DNA of 47,636 bases from Candidatus Dormiibacterota bacterium (GTDB taxonomy: Bacteria; Chloroflexota; Dormibacteria; Aeolococcales; Aeolococcaceae), in the NCBI GenBank assembly GCA_049287785.1, contig JBAQGL010000283.1:1-47636 (forward strand), in the 5' to 3' direction. Below the pieces are notes generated by a model. That model saw only the letters and a list, made by a program, of their open reading frames with translations, ran no database searches and was not told the DNA's origin. The position numbers and the translations under genes were made by a program. The first letter of the stretch is position 1. Each line of letters starts with the position of its first letter. This document shows, one piece after another, positions 34,898-42,933 of this stretch.

Positions 34898-35090
34898 GAG
34901 GCTTCCTCCCGTCTTGCGCGGGGGCGGAGGTCGACGCCTCGGGTCGGTCTCCTGGCTTGCGGATCGATGCCGAACACGGCCGCCTTCCCGGGAGATCAGC
35001 CTCCCGGTGGCACGATGGCCGCCGACTCCCCGCTCACAGTTGCGCGACAGCGCCGGATTCTCACCGGCTTCCCGTCACCCGGAGCGTTAT
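34898..35090 (-). promoter_or_regulatory. cobalamin (B12) riboswitch with RBS-sequestering expression platform
   Basis: Minus strand reads ...GGGAAGCCGGTGAGAATCCGGCGCTGTCGCGCAACTGTGAGCGGGG...GTGCCACCGGGAGG...GGGAAGGCGG...GCAAGCCAGGAGACCGACCCGAGG.... The conserved GGTGAGAATCCGG / GC-CGCAACTGT core and the B12 box AGCCAGGAGACC (34942..34960) are all present. A downstream CCTCC can pair with the GGAGG of the RBS. Confidence 0.85.
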
Positions 35091-35162
35091 TCAGTTGTGG
35101 CCGTCGAGTATGCGCCGGGTTCGCGCGGGTTCGTCAAGGGGCGGGTGGGTACACTTGAGGCC

Positions 35163-36467
35163 ATGCGCCAGGGCTCGCGGGCGGTCGCCGTCATCTCCGT
35201 CCACGCGTCGCCACTGTCGGATCTGGGCAGCGGCGAGAACGGCGGCATGAACCTCGCCATCCGCCGTTTGTGTGAGGGACTCTCGCTTCGCGGCGTGCCC
35301 ACCGACGTGTTCGTGCGACGTGACGGGCCCGGCCCGGACGAGGAGTTGATCGCACCGTTGAGCAGGCTGGTTCGCCTCCCGGTGGGACCACCCGCGCCGC
35401 TCCGCAAGGAGGATATCCGCGGGCTCCTCGACGATTTCACCGATGCCACGATCCGCCATGCGGAGTCGGAGCGACGGTCATATCGCGCCATCCACGGCCA
35501 TTACTGGCACGGCGGCCTCGTCGGGCGCGAACTCCGCGATGCGTGGGACGTCGCGTGGGTGCAATCGTTCCACACCCTCGCGCTCACCAAGGCGCGCGCC
35601 GGTCTGCCGCTGGACGCCCTCCGGGCGCAGGCAGAGGGTGAACTGGTCGCCCAGGCGGATCGCCTGGTCGCCGCGAGTGCCGCCGAGGCGAAAGACCTGA
35701 TCCGCCTGTACCGCGCGTCGCGTGACCGGATCTGCGTTGCCCAACCCGGTGTCGACCCCCGCCTCTTCGCCGAGCACGACGGCTCCGGGTTGCGGCGGAG
35801 GCTCGGTCTCGCCGACGCCAGAGTTGCGCTCTTCGCCGGGCGGCTCGAGCCGTTGAAAGGCGCGCAGATACTCCTCGACGCCGTGGCTCTGCTGCGGGCC
35901 CGTCCTGGATTCGAGGATCTCGCCGTGGTCATCGCCGGCGACGACAGCGGGGACGGGGCGAGCGATGAGCGTGGCGGCGAGCGCAGCCGGCTCGAGCGGC
36001 ACGCGTCCCGAACCGGGCTCGGTGATCACGTGTGCTTCGTCGGCGCCGTGCCCCACGAGCAACTCGCCGTGTATTACGCGATGGCGGACGTCTGCGTGGT
36101 TCCCTCGCTCACCGAGAGCTTCGGGTTGGTCGCGCTTGAAGCCCAGGCGCTCGGGACGCCGGTCGTCGCCGCGGCGGTTGGCGGGTTGCGCGAGGTGGTC
36201 GAGGACGGCGTGACCGGGTACCTGGTCGACGGCCACGATCCCGAGGACTACGCCCGCGCGATCGCCGACGTCTTGGATGATCCGGTTCGCAAGGCCGAGA
36301 TGGGCGATGAGGCTCGCCGTCGCGCCGGACGATTCACCTGGCTCCGAGCCGTGGACCGGCTCTCGGCCATCTACGATCGGATCAGCGTCGAGGGCCAGCC
36401 TTCCGGGAGCCCGTGTGGCTATGAGGACGAGGAGGCCCGTGCGCTCATGGGCAGCGCAGCCAGCTAA
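35163..36467 (+). CDS. mshA: GT4 family glycosyltransferase, MshA-like (D-inositol-3-phosphate glycosyltransferase)
   Basis: RAVAVISVHASPLSDLGSGENGGMN resembles the MshA N-terminal signature (..SxHTSPL..PG.GD.GGMNVY). C-terminal ESFGLVALEAQALGTPVVAAAVGGLREVVEDGVTGYLVDGHDP is the GT4 E-x7-E region. A GTG at 35145 is an alternative start. Confidence 0.65.
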   Translation: MRQGSRAVAVISVHASPLSDLGSGENGGMNLAIRRLCEGLSLRGVPTDVFVRRDGPGPDEELIAPLSRLVRLPVGPPAPLRKEDIRGLLDDFTDATIRHAESERRSYRAIHGHYWHGGLVGRELRDAWDVAWVQSFHTLALTKARAGLPLDALRAQAEGELVAQADRLVAASAAEAKDLIRLYRASRDRICVAQPGVDPRLFAEHDGSGLRRRLGLADARVALFAGRLEPLKGAQILLDAVALLRARPGFEDLAVVIAGDDSGDGASDERGGERSRLERHASRTGLGDHVCFVGAVPHEQLAVYYAMADVCVVPSLTESFGLVALEAQALGTPVVAAAVGGLREVVEDGVTGYLVDGHDPEDYARAIADVLDDPVRKAEMGDEARRRAGRFTWLRAVDRLSAIYDRISVEGQPSGSPCGYEDEEARALMGSAAS

Positions 36468-39130
36468 GCGCTGACCTCGCCGGCCGCTCGATCCACCCCG
36501 CGGGCGCGCTGAGCTCGCAACGTACTGTCCCGGCCTTCGCGAAGAATCCGGATGGCCGGGCCGGGAAGCTCCCCGCCCTCCAGGGCGAGGTCGATTGCCG
36601 CGACCACCTTGTCGTCAACCAGGTGATTCGGGTACAGGCACTCGGTGAACACCTCGGCCTCGTCGATGGTGCGCTCCGCCCAGACGGCGGGAAGCGCGTC
36701 GAGGTAGCGCTGCACGTAGGGACGGAGCAGCTCCGGGTTGGGCCCGTGCGCCATCATGCCGCCAACCCCGACCGAGCCGATGTAGAACCCTCGTAGGATC
36801 GCCGACATCGAGGCGACCGAGAGCTCGCCGTCGGTCGAGCCCTTCCAGTCCCTGGGCATCGGAGCGCTCGCGTCGGCGACGCGACGCCAGGCCTCCTCCT
36901 TGGCGGCCGCGGTCGGCCGGGCTGCGAGGCACGCCGTGCCCCGGCGCCTGCCGATGTCGCTCGGATCTGAGGCCATCGTCGCGTGGATCAACGCGACGTC
37001 GGCCTTGCCCTCCTCGGAGAGCTGTCCGACGATCAGCCAGCGCAGGTCGGTATCCAGGTCGACGTTGGGGATGCTGGCAGTGCCGTCGAGCAGGGCGGCG
37101 ACCCTCGCCAGCGAGCTCTCGGACGTGGCGGTTGCCACCAGGATGCGCGCCCAGATGAGGCGCAGCTCCGGGGGCAGGTCGGCGCGTCCCACCTGCGTCA
37201 CCGCCACCTGGTGAAGCGACTCTCGCGCGGCGCTGCGATTCGCGGGGTCCCCGTAGAGGTCGATCGCGGAGCGCGCCTGGCTCGTGACCCGCTCGACGAG
37301 CAGCGAATCCTTCTCGGCGGGTGCATGGCGCGCGACCAGGTCGACAAACTCACGTGCCGCCATCTCGCCGTCGCGGGTCAGATCCCACACCGCCGCCCAG
37401 CTCAGGGCCCGCGCCAGGGGGTCGGCCAGGTTGGAGAGGTCGGCCTTGAGCGTCGCCAGCGAACGTTCGTCGAATCGAAGCTTGGCGAACGTGAGGTCAC
37501 CGTCGTTGACGAGCACGAAATCGGAGACGCGCTCCCCGACGAGCTCTGTGATCGGGGTCAGGGCACCGGTCAGATCGGTCTCCACGCGCCGGCGGAGCCG
37601 CAGGACGCCCTTGGCATCGCGATCGTACAGACCGATACCGACACGGTGGACGCGCAGCGTTGGATGCGCCGGGGTGGCCCACTGCTCGACGGCGAAGGCC
37701 GTGTACCGGCCGTTCTGCTCCGAGAGGTGAGCACGGAAGGTGTTCAACCCGGTGGTCTGCAGCCAGTCCTGGCCCCAGCGCGTGAGATCACGTCCGGAGG
37801 CGCGGCGCAGGCAGTCAAGGAATTCCTGCAGGTCGGCATTGCCCCAGCGATAGCGCTTGAAGTAGTCCTGCACGCCCCGCATGAACGCGTCGTCCCCGAC
37901 CCAGGCCACCAGTTGACGCATCACCGACGCGCCTTTGTGGTACGTGATCCCGTCGAAGTTTTGGCGCACCGACACGGTGTCGGGCACGTGGTCCGCGATG
38001 CGGTGGGTGGTGACCAGCTGGTCCTGACGGGCGGCGATCGACTTGACGCTGTTGGCGAAGTCGACCCAGGCATTGGTGAACCGGGTCGCCTTCTCCATGG
38101 CGAGGTTGGCCATGTAGGTGGCGAAGGTCTCGTTGAGCCACAGGTCGCCCCACCAGCGCATGGTCGTGACGTCGCCGAAGCCGTGCACGTGCGCCATCTC
38201 GTGGAGGATCGTCTCGGCCCGCCGTTGCAGCTGCGCCTCACTCGCCTGGCCGCGGTGGATGTACGCCTCGTTGAAGGTCACGCAGCCCGGGTTTTCCATG
38301 GCGCCCATGTTGAATTCGGGCACGAAGAGCTGGTTGTACTCGTCGAACGGGTAGGTGAGCCCGAAATACTTCTCGAAGAAGTCGAGGCCGGAAGCGGTGA
38401 TATCGAAGATCTCGTCCGCCTGGGCGTCGATCCAGCTGGCCAGCGATTCCCTGCACCACAGCGCCATGGGGATGTCGCGGTGCTTGCGCTCAACGGTGTG
38501 GTATTTGCCGGCAACCACCGCGATGAGGTACGGCGGCAGCGGCGGCGTGGTGTTGAAGTGCCAGGTCTTCATGCCACCCCTGGGCTCGGTGCGCAGGACG
38601 CGGCCGTTGCCGCAGACCCGCCATGCGCTTGGCGCGGTGACGCTCATGGAAACGCCCGCCTTCAGGTCGGGCTGATCGAAGCAGGCCAGGACCTTGTGAG
38701 CATCGAAGGGCTCGAAGTGCGTGTACACGTACACCTCGTCGTCCACCGGGTCGCGGAGGCGGTGCATGCCGACGCCGGTGTGCTGGTACTCGCACTGCGC
38801 CGTCACGGTCAACCGGTTGGAGCCCGCGCGCAGCCCCCGGAGCCACAACACGTTCCCGTTGAACCCGTGTTGCGCCTCGGTGAGTCGCTTGCCGTTGAGC
38901 GTGCACTCCTCGATGGAGCGAGCGGCGATGTTGATGAAGGTTTCCGAACCCTCGTGGGCGGCGTCGAAGACGACCGTCGTCATGCTCTGGAACGTCTCGG
39001 CGCTCGGGTCGTCGCTGAGCACCAGGGATACCTCGTACGAGAGGTTGGACAGCAGTGCTGCGCGACCCTGCGCGTCCGATTCGGTGAGATTGTCCTGAAG
39101 TGGCGGCCTGTCAAGGGCGGTCAGTGTCAC
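36464..39130 (-). CDS. pepN: aminopeptidase N (M1 family)
   Basis: GAMENPG exopeptidase motif and HEMAHVHGFGDVTTMRWWGDLWLNETFA (HEXXH-18-E). ~890 aa with an ERAP1-like C-terminal domain. Confidence 0.92.
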   Translation of the reverse strand: MTLTALDRPPLQDNLTESDAQGRAALLSNLSYEVSLVLSDDPSAETFQSMTTVVFDAAHEGSETFINIAARSIEECTLNGKRLTEAQHGFNGNVLWLRGLRAGSNRLTVTAQCEYQHTGVGMHRLRDPVDDEVYVYTHFEPFDAHKVLACFDQPDLKAGVSMSVTAPSAWRVCGNGRVLRTEPRGGMKTWHFNTTPPLPPYLIAVVAGKYHTVERKHRDIPMALWCRESLASWIDAQADEIFDITASGLDFFEKYFGLTYPFDEYNQLFVPEFNMGAMENPGCVTFNEAYIHRGQASEAQLQRRAETILHEMAHVHGFGDVTTMRWWGDLWLNETFATYMANLAMEKATRFTNAWVDFANSVKSIAARQDQLVTTHRIADHVPDTVSVRQNFDGITYHKGASVMRQLVAWVGDDAFMRGVQDYFKRYRWGNADLQEFLDCLRRASGRDLTRWGQDWLQTTGLNTFRAHLSEQNGRYTAFAVEQWATPAHPTLRVHRVGIGLYDRDAKGVLRLRRRVETDLTGALTPITELVGERVSDFVLVNDGDLTFAKLRFDERSLATLKADLSNLADPLARALSWAAVWDLTRDGEMAAREFVDLVARHAPAEKDSLLVERVTSQARSAIDLYGDPANRSAARESLHQVAVTQVGRADLPPELRLIWARILVATATSESSLARVAALLDGTASIPNVDLDTDLRWLIVGQLSEEGKADVALIHATMASDPSDIGRRRGTACLAARPTAAAKEEAWRRVADASAPMPRDWKGSTDGELSVASMSAILRGFYIGSVGVGGMMAHGPNPELLRPYVQRYLDALPAVWAERTIDEAEVFTECLYPNHLVDDKVVAAIDLALEGGELPGPAIRILREGRDSTLRAQRARGVDRAAGEVSA

Positions 39131-39379
39131 TTGCCGAAGCCTACTAAACTCGTCCCTGGACCGCCCCGATCGTTAAACGTTTGCCACGCGGTGGCCCATC
39201 GGGACTCGGCCCGCGGCCTGGGGGCGATCTCCTCGAGCGCTGTTCGAGGCAATCGGCCGCCGGGCCCGCCACAGTCAGCAACCGGAGCGGGACCGGGTCG
39301 GGGGCCGGGGAACTCGGCGCCAGGCGTATTCGGGCGCACTGCTTCGTCCGTCGAGGATCGTTTGTTACGATCGGCCGCG

Positions 39380-39736
39380 ATGCTGTCGGGCTACGCGCCG
39401 ATCCTCTTCTTCTTCGGCATCTGCGCGGCGTTTGCTGTCTTTGCACAGCTGCTCAACGCGGTGCTCGGTCCGAAGCGTCCCACGCCGACCAAGGACCTTC
39501 CTTATGAGTCGGGCATGGTGCCGAGGGAAAGCGCGCGACGCCGCTTCTCGGTGAGCTTCTACATCACCGCGATGCTCTTCATCATCTTCGACGTCGAATC
39601 CATCTTCCTCTTCCCCTGGGCCACGATCGTTCGAGAGCTCAAGGTCTTCGGCATCGTCGAGATGGGCATCTTCATCGCCACCCTGCTGATCGGATTGCTG
39701 TACGTATGGCGCAAGGGGGCGCTGCGATGGGACTGA
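39380..39736 (+). CDS. nuoA: NADH-quinone oxidoreductase subunit A
   Basis: 118 aa, 3 TM, with PYESGM...[12 protein letters not shown]. Only the last 119 codons of track ORF 36983..39736 are real. Confidence 0.9.
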   Translation: MLSGYAPILFFFGICAAFAVFAQLLNAVLGPKRPTPTKDLPYESGMVPRESARRRFSVSFYITAMLFIIFDVESIFLFPWATIVRELKVFGIVEMGIFIATLLIGLLYVWRKGALRWD

Positions 39737-40308
39737 GCAACGAGTTGATCGTGCCGGGCGCGGGAGGCCGGAGCATCCTGCTCGCGGACGCCGACGCCGG
39801 GACCATCGCCCTCCCGCGCACCGGCGCCGCGGAACGCACAGCGCTCCAGAGTGGATTCGTCACGACCACGCTCGGCAAGGTGATCCAGTGGGGCCGGTAC
39901 AGCTCGCTGTGGCCTGCGTTGTTCGGCCTTGCGTGCTGCGCGATCGAGATGATGGCCACCGGAGCCGCCCGATACGACATGTCGCGCTTCGGGTGCGAGG
40001 TGTTCCGGGCGTCGCCGCGCCAGTCCGACCTCATGATCGTCGCCGGCCGCGTCTCGCAGAAGATGGCGCCGGTCCTCCGGCACATCTACGACCAGATGCC
40101 GGAGCCCAAGTGGGTGATCAGCATGGGCGCATGCGCCTCCAGCGGCGGCATGTTCAACAACTACGCCATCGTCCAGGGCGTCGACAAGGTGGTGCCGGTC
40201 GATGTCTACATCCCCGGCTGCCCGCCGCGCCCGGAGGGACTGCTGGACGCGGTCATGAAGCTGCAGAAGAAGATTGCCGGGGAACTCCCCGGCTCGCTGC
40301 TCGGATAG
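39727..40308 (+). CDS. nuoB: NADH-quinone oxidoreductase subunit B
   Basis: [11 protein letters not shown]...[13 protein letters not shown]...IPGCPPRPE (N2 cluster ligands). Confidence 0.92.
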   Translation: MGLSNELIVPGAGGRSILLADADAGTIALPRTGAAERTALQSGFVTTTLGKVIQWGRYSSLWPALFGLACCAIEMMATGAARYDMSRFGCEVFRASPRQSDLMIVAGRVSQKMAPVLRHIYDQMPEPKWVISMGACASSGGMFNNYAIVQGVDKVVPVDVYIPGCPPRPEGLLDAVMKLQKKIAGELPGSLLG

Positions 40309-40312
40309 TGCG

Positions 40313-40879
40313 ATGACCGCCGTGGGATCGCCCATGAGCGGCGCGCGAGCAGCGGACCTCCTCGAGCGGGAGCTTCCGGCTGCGGTGCGCCGTCGCGACA
40401 GCGGATTCGGCGAGGTGACGGTCTGGGTGGACCGCGCCGATCTCGTGGCGGTCTGCACGCTGCTCCGCGATCACCCCGATGCCGCCTACACGACCCCGGT
40501 CTTCGTCACCGCGGTGGACTGGCCCGATCGTGAGCCCGCCGAACCGCGCTTCGACGTGGTCTACATGCTCCGATCGCTCCAGCACAACGACGTCTGCCGC
40601 CTGATCGTGCAGGTCGAGGAGGACGATCCCAACGTCCCGAGCCTCGAGGAGGTCTTCGCCGGGATGGACTGGCACGAACGCGAGTGCTATGACCTCCTCG
40701 GCATCACGTTCACCGGCCACCACGATCTCAAGCGGATCCTCCTGCCCACCGACTGGGACGGCCATCCGCTTCGCAAGGATTACGCGTCATTCGGTGAGCC
40801 GATCGCCTTCACGCACAACCTCGAGTGGGCGCTCCCCGCTGCGGAGCGTCCGCGAGACATGCCGGGAGGATCGCGGTGA
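40313..40879 (+). CDS. nuoC: NADH-quinone oxidoreductase subunit C
   Basis: ERECYDLLGITFTGHHDLKRILLPTDWDGHPLRKDY. Confidence 0.9.
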   Translation: MTAVGSPMSGARAADLLERELPAAVRRRDSGFGEVTVWVDRADLVAVCTLLRDHPDAAYTTPVFVTAVDWPDREPAEPRFDVVYMLRSLQHNDVCRLIVQVEEDDPNVPSLEEVFAGMDWHERECYDLLGITFTGHHDLKRILLPTDWDGHPLRKDYASFGEPIAFTHNLEWALPAAERPRDMPGGSR

Positions 40880-42168
40880 CCGCGCTGCCGCCGCTGGGCG
40901 GTCCGGTCGCCGACGTCGATCCGCTCAGCGAGCAGTACGAAGCCGGTCGCGGGCGTCTCGGCGTCGAGCCGGGGCTGGACGCCATCGACCTCGTCGAGAT
41001 CGGCGACAGCACCATGGAATTGAACATGGGGCCGATGCATCCCTCGACTCACGGGGTGCTCCGGCTCGTGCTCAACCTCGAGGGTGAGGTCGTGCTCGAA
41101 TGCCGCCCCGACATCGGCTACCTGCACACCGGATTCGAGAAGGATTTCGAGCGGCACACGTATCAACAGTGCATCCCGTACACGGACCGGATGGACTACC
41201 TGTCGCCGCTCTTCAACAACCTTGGGTTCTCGCTCGCCGTCGAGCGGCTGCTCGGCATCGAGGTGCCGCTGCGAGGGCAGTACCTGCGCGTGATCATGTG
41301 CGAGCTCTGCCGTCTCGCGAGCCACCTCCTCTGGTACGGCACCAGCGCCCTCGACCTCGGCGCAACCACGGCGTTCGTCTACGCGTGGCGTGATCGCGAG
41401 AAGCTGCTCGACATCAACGAGCTGGTGAGCGGCGTGCGCATGCACACGTCATTCATCCGAGTCGGCGGCCTGCTCGCCGACGTCCCCGATCCGTTCTACG
41501 AGATGGTCGGCGCGGTCATCAAGACCTTCCCCAAGCTCATCGATGAGCACGAGCTGCTGATCACCAAGAACCCGATCTGGCGGCAGCGAACCATCGGGTT
41601 GGGCACGCTGACACCGGAGGACGCGATGGCGTATGGAGCCACGGGACCGGTGCTGAGAGGGAGCGGCGTGCCCTACGACCTGCGCAAGGCGCATCCGTAC
41701 AGCTCCTACGACCATTTCGACTTTGACGTCCCGATCGGTCGCACCGGTGACGTGTACGACCGATACCTGGTGCGCATGCAGGAGATGCGCGAGTCGTTGA
41801 AGATCATCACCCAGGCTTTCGAGAACCTTCCCGACGGGCCGGTGAACACGACCGATCGGCGGGTCGCGCTTCCGCCTCGTAACGAGCTCAACACGAGCAT
41901 GGAGTCGCTCATCCACCACTTCAAGCTCGTGACCGAAGGCATGCGCGTCCCCGCCGGGCAGGTGTACCAGGCGGTGGAATCTCCGCGTGGCGAGCTCGGC
42001 TTCTACCTGGTGAGCGACGGGACCAACCGCCCGTACCGCTGCAAGGTGCGCGCCCCCTCCTTCAGCAACCTGAGCGCACTTCCGCACATGGTCCGCGGCG
42101 AGCTGATCGCAGACGTGGTCGCCGTCATCGGCTCCATCGACATCGTCCTCGGGGACGTCGACCGATGA
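40876..42168 (+). CDS. nuoD: NADH-quinone oxidoreductase subunit D
   Basis: LNMGPMHPSTHGVLRLVL, YLHTGFEK, and the C-terminal SIDIVLGDVDR. GTGA overlap with the nuoC stop. Confidence 0.92.
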   Translation: MTALPPLGGPVADVDPLSEQYEAGRGRLGVEPGLDAIDLVEIGDSTMELNMGPMHPSTHGVLRLVLNLEGEVVLECRPDIGYLHTGFEKDFERHTYQQCIPYTDRMDYLSPLFNNLGFSLAVERLLGIEVPLRGQYLRVIMCELCRLASHLLWYGTSALDLGATTAFVYAWRDREKLLDINELVSGVRMHTSFIRVGGLLADVPDPFYEMVGAVIKTFPKLIDEHELLITKNPIWRQRTIGLGTLTPEDAMAYGATGPVLRGSGVPYDLRKAHPYSSYDHFDFDVPIGRTGDVYDRYLVRMQEMRESLKIITQAFENLPDGPVNTTDRRVALPPRNELNTSMESLIHHFKLVTEGMRVPAGQVYQAVESPRGELGFYLVSDGTNRPYRCKVRAPSFSNLSALPHMVRGELIADVVAVIGSIDIVLGDVDR

Positions 42169-42205
42169 CATCGCGTACCCACCGAGACTTCGCGGGTCTC
42201 CCCGC

Positions 42206-42886
42206 ATGACGTTGCAGGCGGACACGCGCAGCGCGATCGAGCGCGCTCGCGACCGCTATCCCCTTGCGCGCAGCGCCATTCTCCCGGCGCTCTGGGCGGT
42301 CCAGCACGAGCAGGGCCTGATCACCCCGGACGCGATGACCGACATCGCCGGCATCCTCCAGGTCACGCCCAGCGAGGTCGAAGCCGTCTCGACCTTCTAC
42401 TCGATGTACTTCCAGCGCCCCCACGGCCGCCACGAGGTCATCGTCTGCATCAACGTCTCCTGCGCGCTCCGCGGAGCCGACGAAATCGTCGACCACCTCG
42501 AAAGGTCCTTGGCGTGTAAATCGGGAGAGACCACCGCCGACGGCGAATTCACCTGGTCAAGCACCGTGGAATGCCTCGGCGGCTGCGGTGGCGCTCCCAC
42601 CATGCAAGTGGATCACCACTTTGAAGAACATCTAACTCCGGAGAGGGTCGACGCGGTCCTAGGCGCCCTAAGGCAAAGTGCGCCAGCGGGTGGCGTCGCG
42701 GGGAGCAGCGCCGGTCGCAGGCTGGGCGCCGAGATGAACGGTCCCAGAACGCAGGACGCTGAGGAGTCAGACCCGGCCGCAGAACGGCGAGGGGGCCCCG
42801 CGACGACAGGACCCGCGGGACCACCGACGACGCCCAGGGAGGCGCCGAAGCCAAGAACGCGACGCCCTCGCAAGGCTCAACAGTAG
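42206..42886 (+). CDS. nuoE: NADH-quinone oxidoreductase subunit E, with a low-complexity basic C-terminal tail
   Basis: ILPALWAVQHEQG, and VCINVSCALRGA...CLGGCGGAPTM (2Fe-2S ligands). The final ~70 aa are a Pro/Gly/Arg-rich extension. Confidence 0.88.
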   Translation: MTLQADTRSAIERARDRYPLARSAILPALWAVQHEQGLITPDAMTDIAGILQVTPSEVEAVSTFYSMYFQRPHGRHEVIVCINVSCALRGADEIVDHLERSLACKSGETTADGEFTWSSTVECLGGCGGAPTMQVDHHFEEHLTPERVDAVLGALRQSAPAGGVAGSSAGRRLGAEMNGPRTQDAEESDPAAERRGGPATTGPAGPPTTPREAPKPRTRRPRKAQQ

Positions 42887-42933
42887 GATGCAGCGGCCGA
42901 TGAGCAGCACAGCACCGGAACCGATGGGCGTCG

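Noticed and set aside
36983-39379. 5' ~800 codons of the 917-aa plus-strand ORF
   Set aside because: It is antisense to pepN, which carries unmistakable GAMEN/HEXXH motifs. Only the terminal 119 codons (nuoA, from ATG 39380) are a real gene.
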